A DNA stretch of 64,000 nt, from contig OZ037768.1 of assembly GCA_964035545.1 (NCBI GenBank), forward strand, positions 6,294,741 to 6,358,740, read 5' to 3'. Source of the stretch: Bugula neritina (lineage: Eukaryota; Animalia; Bryozoa). Position numbers and translations under genes: made by a program. Numbering within the stretch: position 1 is the stretch's first letter; every line of letters begins with the position of its first letter. Positions 38,904 through 51,800 of this stretch are shown here, one piece after another. The notes under the pieces were generated by a model that had not been told where the DNA came from, made no database searches, and was given only the letters and a program-made list of their open reading frames with translations.

Positions 38904-41130
38904 TGGTAAAGGATTCTTTCTTTGGTGTAGGGAGCTATTGGACCTACCGGTGCTACAGGTGATAAGGGAGATTTTGGTGACCCCGGAGATCAAGGAGTTA
39001 TGGGCTCAACTGGTGCTACAGGAGAGCGAGGTTCAAATGGTTCAATTGGAGTAGTTGGAGATAAAGGCGAAAGAGGTGCCACTGGACAAATTGGAGATAA
39101 AGGTACAGTTTGTTTATGTGCTTTAGTTACTTTCAAATAAAAATTATTTTTGTGGTGCTTCTAACAATAGAACTGGTGTGCTGTAGGCCTCAAAATTAAT
39201 TGCTATGACTTTTGCTTAAATAGGTTCTTAGTAATGTGTTGAAATAAACTTAACTGAGCTGAGCTTTTTCTTGAATAATGAAGGTGTGAGAGGGGATGTT
39301 GGAGCTACAGGAGAAAATGGTGCAAGGGGAGATCAAGGAGAAAAGGGACAACCTGGTTTGGTCGGACCTGATGGTTTTCAGGGTTTGAAAGGAGAAAAGG
39401 GTGCTCAAGGTATGGTTGTGTAATGGTGAAGGACAATACAGTGTCTGTCTTTATATGTCATATATAGAGTCATGGTATTTTATTACTTAAACAACCTGCC
39501 TATAGATGGGTTTTGGACTTGTTTAAAATAATTTATAAAATGTGTTTGCAATTGTTTGGGTAATTTATTATATATATTTTGCCGTTATGTTGATTCAAAA
39601 ACGTTACTTGGAAACTTAAAAGAGTATTTTAGTAATTTATAGTTTTTGTATGATCACGTTATCTTGAATGATGTAAATATGTTGCATACGTATCCTTGGT
39701 TGCAGGTGACACTGGTTTGGAAGGGGATCAAGGGCCGCCGGGACCAAAGGGTAGCCAAGGTATAACCGGAGACAGAGGAATACCAGCTTTTATTGTGCTG
39801 ACTAATGAGTGTAGTTCACAGTGTGTCGGTGAGAACAACGTCTGCACGGATACTGACCTGTCATTTGAGTGCGGATGTGGTCCGGGCTACACTCTTGAGA
39901 GTGACGGCAGCTGTAAGGGTGAGTGACATCTCAGAAACTTTTATTTCTCAAGCAGACTCTAAAATTTGTATTGTTTTTGTGATTTTAAATTTAGCATTAA
40001 GTATATCGGTTTTTAAAACTGAGTTGAATAGAAAAAATGTTATCATGTATCTTTTTTATTTTAATGCTAAGAGCTGATGAATATACAAGTTATGTATTTT
40101 TTTAAAAAATTGCTAAAACAAATTTACCAGTTATTTGAAAAACTTCTTTGAATTGTCAATTTGCTATTCACTTTGTGTTAGAATGTTTGTGTATAAAGTA
40201 TGTTGGGATATAACTCGTGTGACTGTAGATTTTGATGAGTGTAAGTTACATAACGGAATGTGTCAACAGATATGTAACAACACTCTGGGCTCCAGAAGCT
40301 GTTCATGCTTCGATGGTTACACTCTCTCTCCTAATGCCAGAACTTGTATGGGTAAGTCACATTTTTACACTTGTGCGCATTTGTAGGCTTAAAATTCAAA
40401 ACTGTCATATGGGAGTTGTCTTCTATAAATGATCTTTATATACCGAAAAGCCAGGATCATAAAAAATTCAAAAACTGCAATAATAATATTTATATTTCAA
40501 CCATAATATTTTCAAAGCGAGGTAAGAATAAAATAATGATGAATTCTGGAGCTGATTAGATTTGTCACACTCAATTTCAGACATAGATGAGTGCTTATTA
40601 AACACAGATGACTGTACTAATGGAGAACAGTGTTTCAATGAAGTCGGCACCTTCAAGTGTCTCATCAAACAAACAGTGACAGCAGGTACAAACATTTTGT
40701 ACATACTTTTCAATTTGCTTGACAAAATGGGTAGAATTCATGCATATTCGTAGTTGTAGAGTTTGTCTTGAAAAAGATTCCATTCATCATAAGCCGTCTG
40801 ACAAGTCAATGGTGACTGTTCTAAGTTAAGGTCTCCAGATCATAGTTCTCCATAAGATTCCATTAAGCTCAAATTAACCAGCTTCTTTTAATAATATTTT
40901 TCATTATCTCCATATATTTTATAGCTCAATTGGTTGAAATACAGCAACTTGGAAGTCAGAATTGGTGGGGACTCATTGCTCTGGGTCTCCTTATTTGGGC
41001 AGCTGTGCTGAGTATATCCTGCATTATCTTATGCATAATTCTTTGTGTTGACCACAAGAAAAATAAATCCAGGAAATATCAAGAGAGCTATTATGGCTCT
41101 TCTACTAATGTTGACAATGACAGTACTTAA
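26311..41130 (+). CDS. Uncharacterised type I transmembrane collagen: SP - 3x unknown ~160-aa domain with Thr-rich linkers - (Gly-X-Y)50 - 3 EGF - TM - short tail (~938 aa, 20 exons)
   Basis: Exons 26311-26374, 27064-27320, 28145-28227, 28393-28628, 28823-29079, 29818-30049, 30383-30484, 31105-31137, 31687-31816, 32332-32464, 33222-33327, 37357-37470, 37915-37941, 38514-38611, 38931-39102, 39284-39409, 39706-39918, 40229-40351, 40581-40685, 40925-41130. All are GT-AG, phases are continuous, total 2817 nt. Signal peptide MCVRSFIVISCFILLWRKGYS; cbEGF starts DFDEC and DIDEC; TM WWGLIALGLLIWAAVLSISCIILCIILCV. Confidence 0.85.
33503..37079. mobile_element. Non-autonomous foldback-like DNA transposon, ISL2EU/PIF-Harbinger type, with ~630-bp near-perfect TIRs
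   Basis: Ends are AT|AGACCATGTAAG ... CTTACATGGTCT|AT. 33503-~34133 is the reverse complement of ~36447-37079, with about 8 mismatches by eye. A transposase relic lies inside. Confidence 0.9.
34961..35180 (+). pseudogene. Decayed DDE_Tnp_4 (Harbinger/ISL2EU) transposase C-terminus
   Basis: In frame from 34961: LAMPPGKKGHFQLTRMQ*L*TKLIAILRIQVKRAINP*, then after frame disruption ISLLFAPLLEKIIIVCCAFC. This matches the recalled family pattern LxIPP..KG..Q.....T..IA.LRI.VERAI...IPI.....D.I..VC.AL.N. Confidence 0.7.
38821..38899. repeat. (TAT)n-(TA)~33 microsatellite
   Basis: Read directly; it ends ~30 bp upstream of the acceptor of collagen exon 38931. Confidence 0.95.
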
Positions 41131-41822
41131 TCAACTATTGATACTCAAATTTTTATTGCATACAAACATCTATAAAACTAGTATGTAACGGCTGACTTTC
41201 ATACATTTCTTACTCAACCTGTTTTGCTTATGCAAGTTGTGGTATTTTGAACAGTAGTTTTGCTTTGTGAAATGCTGATTTGGCATGTAATAAAATCGCC
41301 TCTAGCTGTGCCTTAACCATTTTACCATTATTGTATTCTATTTAATATGCTATATGGCATAGGATTCCTATATTTTTATTTTATATAAGAGCATAATATT
41401 GCACCTGTAACAATCTCAATGGTTTTACATTCCATTTTTCTTTTTACTTGTGAGTACAAATTTCATGTTTTATCTCTATATAATAATGTATGTTTTTAGT
41501 ATTGAGTAATATTTTATGCAGGTTTTGCAAGATGTATTTACTTTCATGTATATATGCACACACACATTTATATATAATAATAAAATGGATTTCAACAGTT
41601 TACACTCGATCTATATGACCGGTAATATCCATCTAATAACTCTACTTCAAAAAATTGGTGTGTGACGTCTGTGAAGCTCTGCCACAATCTTGGATTTTGT
41701 ATAAAAACACGAAACAAACAGTATATTATTTACACTCTAAAACATAACTAGGCACATCTCCGTGTATACTGTACAAACCATAAAATACCATTAATAATAT
41801 ATAGCAAGATATATCCATTCTA

Positions 41823-44800
41823 CTACGTCAAGAACCACCAAATGTAAAATGCTACACGAGGTATAATGAGACTAGTGATTATTGTAGAGATTAAATTCAC
41901 CGCATGATTGTCAAATATAGCTCTTCCGGAAATATCTTTAACAGAAGGATCGGGTCGCTCGACAACATATCTTCCTTTGGCCAGGCCTACAATTATATTT
42001 CCACTTAATACGGTCATATTTGTATCCTAGTTCACCTCTGCAAGTTTATTCAAGTAATTAAGCAATTTTTACCCAAATTTATTAAGCGCAATGAACAACA
42101 ACACATGTACTATGAGAAAGCAAAAATGTAGTTCAATGTTTGCGAGGATTGTTTTGTGTGGCAGCAACCAATGACGTTTTCAACACTCAAAATCATTTTC
42201 TATTTAATAGGATTTCATGCAAAATTAGTACCAATTAATTACTAAAATTCACAAACATGAAAAAACCCTGATTCAAATGCAGGCTAATCCATACAAATGT
42301 TAAGCTATTATAAATGAACAACTAACATAACAATGTGTTGTGGAAACTAGTTTACAATGACATGTTATGCAAACTGATGGCTATATACCTGAATATTGAA
42401 AAGTAGATCCAATCAAGGAGTCTATGAGACTACCTATAAACCCTGCCAGTGTACACAGAACTATGACAGGCCACTGGTGAGCAGAGCTGGCAATATGTTC
42501 AGTATCTACACTTAGAAGTAACGTGATGTAAAATGATATTCCCACAATCAAACCACCTAGACCACTTGCTACTGTGCCGGCAATAGAAATACCACCATTT
42601 GTACCTACATAATAAGATAACATTTGGGTTCATATTTTAGACATTTACAATTTGCAATTTTATTATGTCACAATAACTCAATACTTGAAAATTAATAAAA
42701 TGATAGCTGATGATGCTTTGTATGATGACTGAATGCATGCGCATTTAAATACAGGGTCTACAAAAAACTACAGGGAAAGGTATTTGAGTACACGTAAGCT
42801 TAACTTCAGTATATTATTGAAGACTTGAACAAACTTTGCTTAAAGATTCAATAAAAAACCAAGGTTTCAAAAAGAGATAACTCAATTTCTTTTAGATAAT
42901 CCGACGTAATACCTTTAGGAACTCTCTGAAAAGAAGTGACCAGGTAGGGCTGGCTGAAAGGCAAAACAGGACCCAACTCTGATGCCAGTGTATCACCACA
43001 ACTACAGCTGATGGCACCAAGTACGCTGACACTCCACCAGGAGGCGCTATACGACTTAACAAAGTCTATGGGAGTCTCTACACAGCCATCTTCCAGGCAG
43101 TAGAAGAGTGTGAAGATAGTAGCCACACCTCCATTGCTGAGCACCTGCACACAATTGCGGGCAGTGTCTACAATGACATGCTCATCCAGTCAGTGACACA
43201 AGGTGGTTAACATAGAGTAATAAGGTTACAGACGTATAAAGATCAGCAAACATAATATTATCATGGCATTACATCCAATACAACCTTGTTGAGTGCCTAC
43301 AAAGTTGAAGAAGTTAGATTTTACACTTACTTGACAATTAAAAAAGTAATTTGATGAATACCAGAACACTACCAAAACAACACAGCACATTCTCTTTACC
43401 AACCATGCATGTATGCATCATCCTGCACTAATTCAAGTTCTTAGGTATAATTATTGCTGGTGCTAAAATTTTTCACAAAACTTTGCCTCACTTGACCGAG
43501 TTAGCTCTAGTAGCTGAATGTTGATACCTGAGCAAGTATGAGTCATATGCGCTCATATGACTCATACATATATTATAACCTTTGACACATTTAATATTAC
43601 ACAAGTAGGTTTACTTTACCTTCCCATGGAAACCCGAAAACAAACTAAGGCTGGAGCAAAACATTAAAGATAGTGAGATACACTTTACTTACGCTGGTCT
43701 GCATTTTCATCAAATTGAGATTTTTGGGATATTCTAAACTTTGTTGCTTTAGAGCCGACCAGATAAAAAGTCAAGAGAGAAACTAGGAAGCCATAATGAA
43801 CAAGGCACAATATCCACCCAATAATCATTGCTAAAAGAATAAAGAAACATAGTTTCATCACAGGAGTGTTGAATTATTACGCACTGTTTTGCGAAATTCT
43901 ATAAGATTCAAAATAAATATAACACCTAAATGGAATACAAAACAGCATTGAGACACAAAGAAACAAACATTAGTATGCATAGAGATGTAGAGCTTCAGAA
44001 ACGTACATAACATTACGTAGTGAATAATCTACTAGACTGAATCTCCACACATGCATATCCAGAACCATCAGATTACTGACCTGCTAAAGCGCCAGAAGTA
44101 GTCAACGACTTTTTCCGAATGCCATTATAAGCTAGATATGAAGGTAGAATGATTGAAAGTGCAAACTTGAAAGGACCCACTGGTCTGTACAGCCCTGCAA
44201 CAGATGTGTGAGAAGTTAACTGTTTCATTAAGCCTAGGGCCACACTGTGCGTATTTTCGCATGCGAAAATTGAAACCACGAGTAGCAAAGGTGTCTACTG
44301 TAGCGTCAGTGATGCGTGATAAATAAAGCTTTCATTTTTAAATCGCACTCGCTTTTAATAAAACGCAATTTACTGGAATATAGCACTAAAATAAAAGAAT
44401 TGGGCTCGCTAAATAACTACCAGCCAATTAGGTGACGACGACAGAGACGATTCGCACTTGCGTTGAGAATGCAGAGCGACAAGTGCGAATGTTTTCTCAA
44501 CGCATACAGTGGACACCTTTGCTACTCGTGGTTTAAATGTTCGCATCCGAAAATACGCAGTGTGGCCCTAGGCTAACTAGAACATTGCAAATATTGTTTC
44601 TAAATTAGGGAATTTTTCTGCTTTCAAAAAGTTTATCAAAAAATTCCAAACTGGCTTTAAAAGGGATGTTATGTATTTGAAAAAGTTGCCAAGAGCTATT
44701 CGCAACTCTGTTTCACCAAATTATAATCGCACGTTATATAGTAACTAGAATAAATCTGCTACTTTAGTATAAACCTTAAATGTTAACTAAATTCCAATTT

Positions 44801-45161
44801 ACTAATTTAATTTTGTTCATCTAAAAAATTAAAAAATAACTTTAATTCAGATACCAAAGGTTTTTTTGAAACTGCTGTGATCAAAACAAGCCTGGTGTTA
44901 CATTAGGTTCAAGGATTGCAATAATTTTTGAGCTATACAATGTATATTTATGGTAACTTCAAATACTACATTGAAACAATGCAATAACTTCGACAATTAT
45001 TTTAACAATAAAATGCATCAAAAAGTAAGAGCTTTTTTATCAATTTAAACCTTACCACTTTTGCTTCCTTCACTATGGGAATAGTTGACTAAACAAATGA
45101 ACCATGTTATCAATGAAAGTGGTGTTACTATATAGAGCAACACCAAAGCTCCAACTTTCAT
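41823..45161 (-). CDS. TMEM19: Transmembrane protein 19 (DUF92 family), ~330 aa, 6 coding exons
   Basis: Minus-strand exons 45161-45056, 44194-44081, 43830-43693, 43167-42913, 42604-42389, 41986-41823 (993 nt). Motifs KKSLTTSGALA, RNCVQVLSNGG, CSCGDTLASELG, VPKGTNGGIS, GSLIDSLIGSTFQYSG, DNHAVNL. Confidence 0.93.
44232..44573. mobile_element. PIF/Harbinger (Tourist-like) MITE, 342 bp, ~70-bp TIRs, TAA TSD
   Basis: TAA|GCCTAGGGCCACACTGTGCGTATTTTCG ... CGAAAATACGCAGTGTGGCCCTAGGC|TAA, ~35 bp from the exon-2 acceptor in TMEM19 coding intron 1. Confidence 0.85.
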
Positions 45162-47519
45162 GAGTAGAGTCGTAGTGAAGGCCTCACTTTTTCACTTGAT
45201 AGTCAAGGTAGCAGCACTAATGTTCAAGTTTCAAAAGCCAATAGCTCACTAAACCAGAAAAGCAAACAAAAATAAATATTATGAGATGTCTAATTGTATT
45301 TTATTCATTTATTCATTTAAGATCAGCAGAAAAGTTTGGTTTATTTTTTACTAATATTTATGCTAATAATTAACATTTCAATAATATACTTAGTTCTAAA
45401 GTTGTACCAACTTTAGCACAGGTCAAAGTAAAAGTGGCAGGTCATGTTTGAGTCACTAAAATTTACTCAAGTTGACAAGGGTACTTGTTACTTCCAATAA
45501 CGAAAACTGATTGACTTTAATTTACTTGTAGAAATTATCGACTAGATTAGCATTGATTTGGCTAAATCCAATTTTATAGAATTGCCGTAAATCTTTCAAA
45601 TCCAAGCCGTCTAAAGTTCAGAGGAAATAAATTTAGTTGTTAGCAGTTATAGCAATCATTAGGATAAATCTTTTAAATAATTCTAATCTAAAAAAAATTC
45701 AATGATAACTATTTTAACAAATAATTACATTATAATTGTTATTAGAAATTAAAATTCATTTGGTTGTTTAATATTAATTTGTTTTTGGTAAATAAGCTTT
45801 AATTTCTGGTTCAATCATCCACTTTTACTTTTAGCATAAATAAATATTAATGTTAGGTTAGCTTGACTTCAAGTCACCGTTTTTATAATTTCAACTGCTA
45901 GGCCCTAAATACATATAAATATGGATAACATTATAGAATTTTTGACATTGCACATGCTTTCCAGTAAATTCAACTATTTCATACAAGTGGATTTGATTAA
46001 CTTTAATTCACTTCAAGTTTATTTGCATCACAATTTGGCTTCTTTCAGTTAACCGTCGACTTGACTTTACAGTTTACATGCTGTGACTTTGATTCAAATG
46101 TAGAAAAAAATAGAACAGCCATAGGCATATTGATATTTAAATTTTTCTCAACACAAACACGTACAGCAACAGTAACAGTAAATGAGTTTAGGCTTTTGAT
46201 TCAAATCGATTAATCATTGATTTTGAGTTATTTTTGAACGTTACAGTTACAGTGTAGAATGTATTTGAAAATATGAATGAGCAAAGAACAACATATTCAT
46301 ATTGAAAACATAAAAAAGCATTATAATTATACTAATAGTAATTACTCACTCAGTGAGTAATTACTGAGTCAGTGACTCAATAATAACTAATTAGTAATTA
46401 CATTTATGATTTATTATTATTACTTAATACTAATACTAATAGTTACAGTAATACTTGAACTACTTGTATTTGTACAGACTTGTAGTTGTAGATTAAGATA
46501 TACTAATACTAATACTGAGTAATAGTAATACTATTACTATTAGACTTAGTATTAGTATTACTAATATTAATAATAAATGTAATACTATTTACTAATAGTA
46601 GTACTAATACTAATACTAATAGCTATAGTAATACTAATACTAATAGTATTAAAATAATATTAATAGTAATAGTATAACTATAACTAATAGTAATAGTAAA
46701 TTACTAAATCAGTAAAACTAAATGTAATACTTCAAGTTCATGAGTTCAACTTGTAGACACCCAACTTCAAACCTGTTTATTCATAGTGTTGTCACTATTG
46801 CAATCATAGAAATCAGTCGTAGGTTGGTAGTAATTTATTTTAAACTTTCAAGATTGAATTTATACAACCATAAGCACAATGCTTATCCTAATCCTATGCA
46901 TTACTTATACAATCACAGCACATAATGATAATTATGATACATTATTATTTATAAGCTTCATGCATGCTCATCCTTGGCTTAGCAATGATTTTTTAAACTA
47001 ATGTTTCGCTTTTAGACGAGGGGGGCGGGAAGAAGGGTTAGATTTCGAGTAGTAGTTTATCGATGAACTGAAAAAGGTCAGTACGATCTGTCATCTGAAC
47101 TTGAACCCTTTGAAAAAGACCAGTTTCTAGTGCAGTACTAATTATTACAAGTCGTTCTACAAGCAGCTCCAAGTTGGGGGTGACAAAATGCAGTAGTTTA
47201 GGGTTTTCGAGTTTGTAGTTGGGGTGTGAATTACAACTTGGAACCCCACTTTTGGGGTAATATGCTTTGAGCATAGAATTAACGGTGACAGTAGTTGCAA
47301 AGGTCTGCAAATATATTAAAAATTAACTTTAAAATACTGTGAATTGTGATGACTATATGGATGGTAAATAAACGTAGGTGGGCAGATCGCAGCAACGTGA
47401 TATACCCGCAACAAGATGACCTTACCTTATTGGCCCAAGCTAGATGCTTAGGTTTCAGTACCTATATACTATTGGCCTAAAATCTAAATCGTATTGCGCG
47501 ACACAACTGATCGGTATTA

Positions 47520-47540
47520 GTCACGTGATTATTCACATGA
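47520..47540. promoter_or_regulatory. CLEAR-like E-box GTCACGTGAT plus M-box-like TCACATGA in the putative TMEM19/GRN bidirectional promoter
   Basis: GTCACGTGAT at 47520-47529 and TCACATGA at 47533-47540, in a CpG-richer patch with ATTGG motifs. Flanking outward-facing donors: minus-strand AAG|GTAAGG at 47425 and plus-strand ATA|GTAAGG at 47600. Confidence 0.6.
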
Positions 47541-48844
47541 TCGTTCCTCAAAGAGAAAGCTAGTTTTAATTCATTTTCACAGTCGATATCGTAGAGATAG
47601 TAAGGAATAGTACGAGCCGAATTGAAAATCCTTGCCGGTGCTTTTGAACTACAAAGTTATATAACTTACAGTTGATTTTAAAATGAAGTTTGGGTTTAGA
47701 ATTACAATGATATCTGTTGTTAAAATCAAATCCATTAACTAATGTATAAGTTAAATAAACATACGTTTTTATTTATCATTTTACTTTTACAATTCAATTT
47801 TTAGTTTTGACCTTTTACTTTTCAGTAAAACTAAAACTCTTACATTTACTGATTTAGTGATTTGCTGATAGTGATAGTGATAGTAATATTTATACTTATA
47901 GTAATACAAATTGAAATAGTAATATTATAACTATAAGACTAAGTATAGTTTACTTATTAATTATCAACTTTTACTTTAACTATGTCTATAGCTATAATTT
48001 TAAATCAAAATGCATGCATTTAAATGAATAAATAATATAATTTTAATTTTAAGATTATTTCTGTTTTAGAATAATAATTGATTAAGTTCAACCACTCACC
48101 ATCACAGCCATTATGGCTGTAAATATGAAAATTGCTATAATTTATGTAATATAAATATAAGTTAATGTATAAGAATTAGTGTTCTGTATTACTTTTCTTC
48201 TACTAGTAGTAACACTAACTAATAGACTACAAGTATAAGTATATATACTTAATTTTATTAATCATAAATGTAGGATTCTATACTCATACTAATACTAATA
48301 CTAATAGTATTAGTAATACTTATACTATAAGTATAGGGAAAAGTATAAATTTGTAATATTAATTCTAATTCATGTTTTAATTTTGTGGGCTTAGTCCCTA
48401 GTGCTACCGCTAGGTTTTTAACCCTAAGATAATTATTCTTATCGATCATATCTATAAGTATATCTAACTTTTCTCTGTGTTTGCATTTGTTATATAGCTG
48501 TTCAGTTTAAAAATATACATTATTTTGAATATAGTGTGTTAGAGTTTTTTAACAACTATAGCTGTTATTTTTAGTCGAAAAGCTTGCCATGGAATAAATA
48601 ATGCAAAACTTAAGAAACTGCAGTGTTTTGAAAATTTTTACAAAAATATCAATTTTCTTTCACTTAATGCAACAAATATTTGGAGTTTCATAGTTGGTGA
48701 TGTGCAACTACTACTAGAGATTAGAGCTCATTGAAATTTTTACTTGAGCTGTGTGTGGTAACATGAATAAAAATGTGCACTTCAAATTATTTGCTTAGAA
48801 TATTTAATAATTATGATTGTAGGATATTGAGAAGTTGTGGCAGC

Positions 48845-51800
48845 ATGCTTAGCACTAAGTATCTAGTGCTAATAGCAGTGCTGGTGGCAGCTGCTTTAGG
48901 ACTGGGTCATGATTTAAAAACACTTTTGTTGAGGTACAACGCCAATTGTGATGTCAACCAGCTAACTTGTAAATCCTCCCTCGGAGTTCGATGCTGTACA
49001 GATCCATTGGTAAGATGGTAGCCTACATATACTCCTTGTTGGTAATATATTCATTAACTGTGGTAATGTTAATTGATTTTTTTCAACCATTTCAGGGTGT
49101 ATGTTGTGAAGATGGCCTATCTTGTTGTCCACAAGACTTTTCTTGTGATGAGAAAACCAACACGTGTAAATCGAAGTATGGGGAAACAAAACGCCGTCCT
49201 ACAAGCTTTCCGCAGTCTGCTCTCTCTAAGAACCATCTGGAAAGTACAAACAGTTCTTGCACTACTAAACAGGTGAGCTATACAGACATCATTGTTTATA
49301 ATGGAAATATATTTGGAAGCTCTTTATAGATGCAAGTTGTGACAATTTTGCTAACACAGCGCATCTCATTCTTTATTTCTTCTTGAATTATCTGAAGCTT
49401 TTTTTCCTACTATATTATAACCAAGCTCTTCCCATTCTGTAAAAATGTCATGTAAACTACCACTAAAAAAGCTCTATAACCTGCTCGGAATAAAAAACAA
49501 TAATCTTAATGTTAATGCAGCCTACAGGAGTAAAAAATGTTTTCTTAATTGGCTCAATCATCATTTCAAGGAACTTCAACTCATAAATCTAATGAGAAAT
49601 GAAACTAATAAACTGATAGGAAAGTTTGTACTTCTTATTCGTTGCACTCTGTGTTTATTAATTTGAAGTGAACAAGCATATGGTCAAGTTATGGCTCAAC
49701 TGATATCATGCATATGATTATATATGCTATCTAGTTGTAGAAACTGCAATATTTAAGTAAAACAAATACAGTTTGTGATGCAGTAAAATATTCATCTGGT
49801 GAAAGGTGCAAAATGATGCACAAATTTATAAAAAATATGTTGCCGCCTGTATAACTAAACTTTACATTTCTTTTATCTGAAGAATAAAGTGTTTAAACTT
49901 TTCATGTCTAAAACTGGCAGTGATATGCGAGTTTGATCAATCCAATTGAAATGCATTAGATTCATCAACAAGACATGTATACATTGTTACTTTAGAAGTA
50001 TATTATATGATTGTGGTAAAATAATAAAAAGTTTAAAAGATAATGACTGTAATGGGTTAATTATTTTCTTTAAAATCTGTTGCTATATCAACCAACTGTT
50101 ATTATATACATATTTCTCCCTAAAGGCACTTTTATGCACAGTGTTGTTAATTTATAATTTGTAATTCATGTCAACCAGTAACCACTTTATGCGATATTTT
50201 GCTTGTAGTTGGTAAATATTTTTTTTTCTTCAAAAATAACTAGCAACACGATTAGGTTTGCTAGCTTTTGTCTGACGACAAATTTGTTAAAAAAATTAAA
50301 ATATTATTTGAATGTAAGCAGGGATGTATGACTTGTTGAAGTTTACAAACTAATATTTTCCTAACTCAGTGTAACGGTGAAGAGACATGTTGCCATGATG
50401 ACTGGGATTGCTGTCCTTTCCCAAAGGCAGTGTGTTGCAAAGACAAAGGCCACTGTTGTCCGCATGGCTATATATGTGATGACCAGCCGTTCATTTGCAG
50501 ATGGCCAGTAAGTGCATTTCTCATTTTTGACTTCTTTATGAATATGTGTATTTCACATCAAACATTTTATGCAAAAAAATGCTGTAGATTTATTTTCATA
50601 GACAACATTGTTTGCAAAAAATTATCAATAATTATGTGTGTTAAATTATTGCTAGCTTATTGTAGCTGTGCTAATGCATTGTAGGATGATGGCCATGTTG
50701 TGAAGTCCGAAGTACTACAAAAACAGCCTCAATTGCGTAATGTTGAATGTAATGCAACATTTGAGTGCCCTATGAAAAATACCTGCTGTGTGTTGCCTGA
50801 TGGAGATTGGGGTTGTTGTCCAATGGATTCCGCCACTTGCTGCAGTGATCATATCCATTGTTGTTCTGAAGGAACAACTTGCGATATAGTACATAGCCGA
50901 TGTGTAGCCAAATCTGGTAGGTTTCATTGGTTCTTTTATTTAAAAGATAGGAAGTTGCATGCATAAATTTGAGCTAATACATTCTTAATATTTGTAATCT
51001 AAATGTTGATTGGTTTTAGGACTATCCGTGTTGCCTATGATGGTAAAAAAGCAAGCTTCAAAGCGAATTAGACGACCAGTGAAAGATAATGCGTGCGATG
51101 CAACTCACTCATGTAATGTTGATTATACTTGCTGTAAAATGGAGTCAGGTGAATGGGGATGTTGTCCAACTCCAAATGCAGTATGCTGCGAAGATCATTT
51201 GCATTGTTGTCCGGATGGTTGGGTGTGTCAAAGTGGTTCTGGTGAATGTGCAAAAGGTATGTCTACCATTCCATGGTTGAGCAAAGAGTCCGCAATTGTC
51301 AAGGCTGAGCAAGTTGAAGATGTTCAATGTGACTCCACTCATTACTGTCCTTCAGGAAACACGTGCTGTAAGCTTTCATCTGGTCAATGGGGATGTTGTC
51401 CAGTTCCAAATGCAGTGTGTTGTGATGATCACGTACACTGCTGTCCGTCCGGCTACACTTGTTCGACTGGAACTGGTCAGTGTATGAAAGGTCTGTCTGC
51501 TGTCCCATGGCTGAAAAAAGAGTCCGCAATTGTCAAGGCTCAGCAGGTTGAAGATGTTCAATGTGACTCCACTCATTACTGTCCTTCAGGAAACACATGC
51601 TGTATGCTTTCATCTGGACAATGGGGATGTTGTCCAGTTCCAAATGCAGTGTGTTGTAGTGATCATGTACACTGCTGTCCATCTGGCTACACTTGTTCGA
51701 CTGGAACTGGTGAGTGTACAAAAGGTCTGTCTACCATTCCATGGCTGAACAAAGAGTCCGCAATTGTCAAGGCTCAGCAGGTTGAAGATGTTCAATGTGA

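Noticed and set aside
47034-47041. CTAACCCT on the minus strand as a telomerase RNA template
   Set aside because: A single 8-mer with no convincing downstream pseudoknot, CR4/5 or H/ACA domain; compatible with chance.
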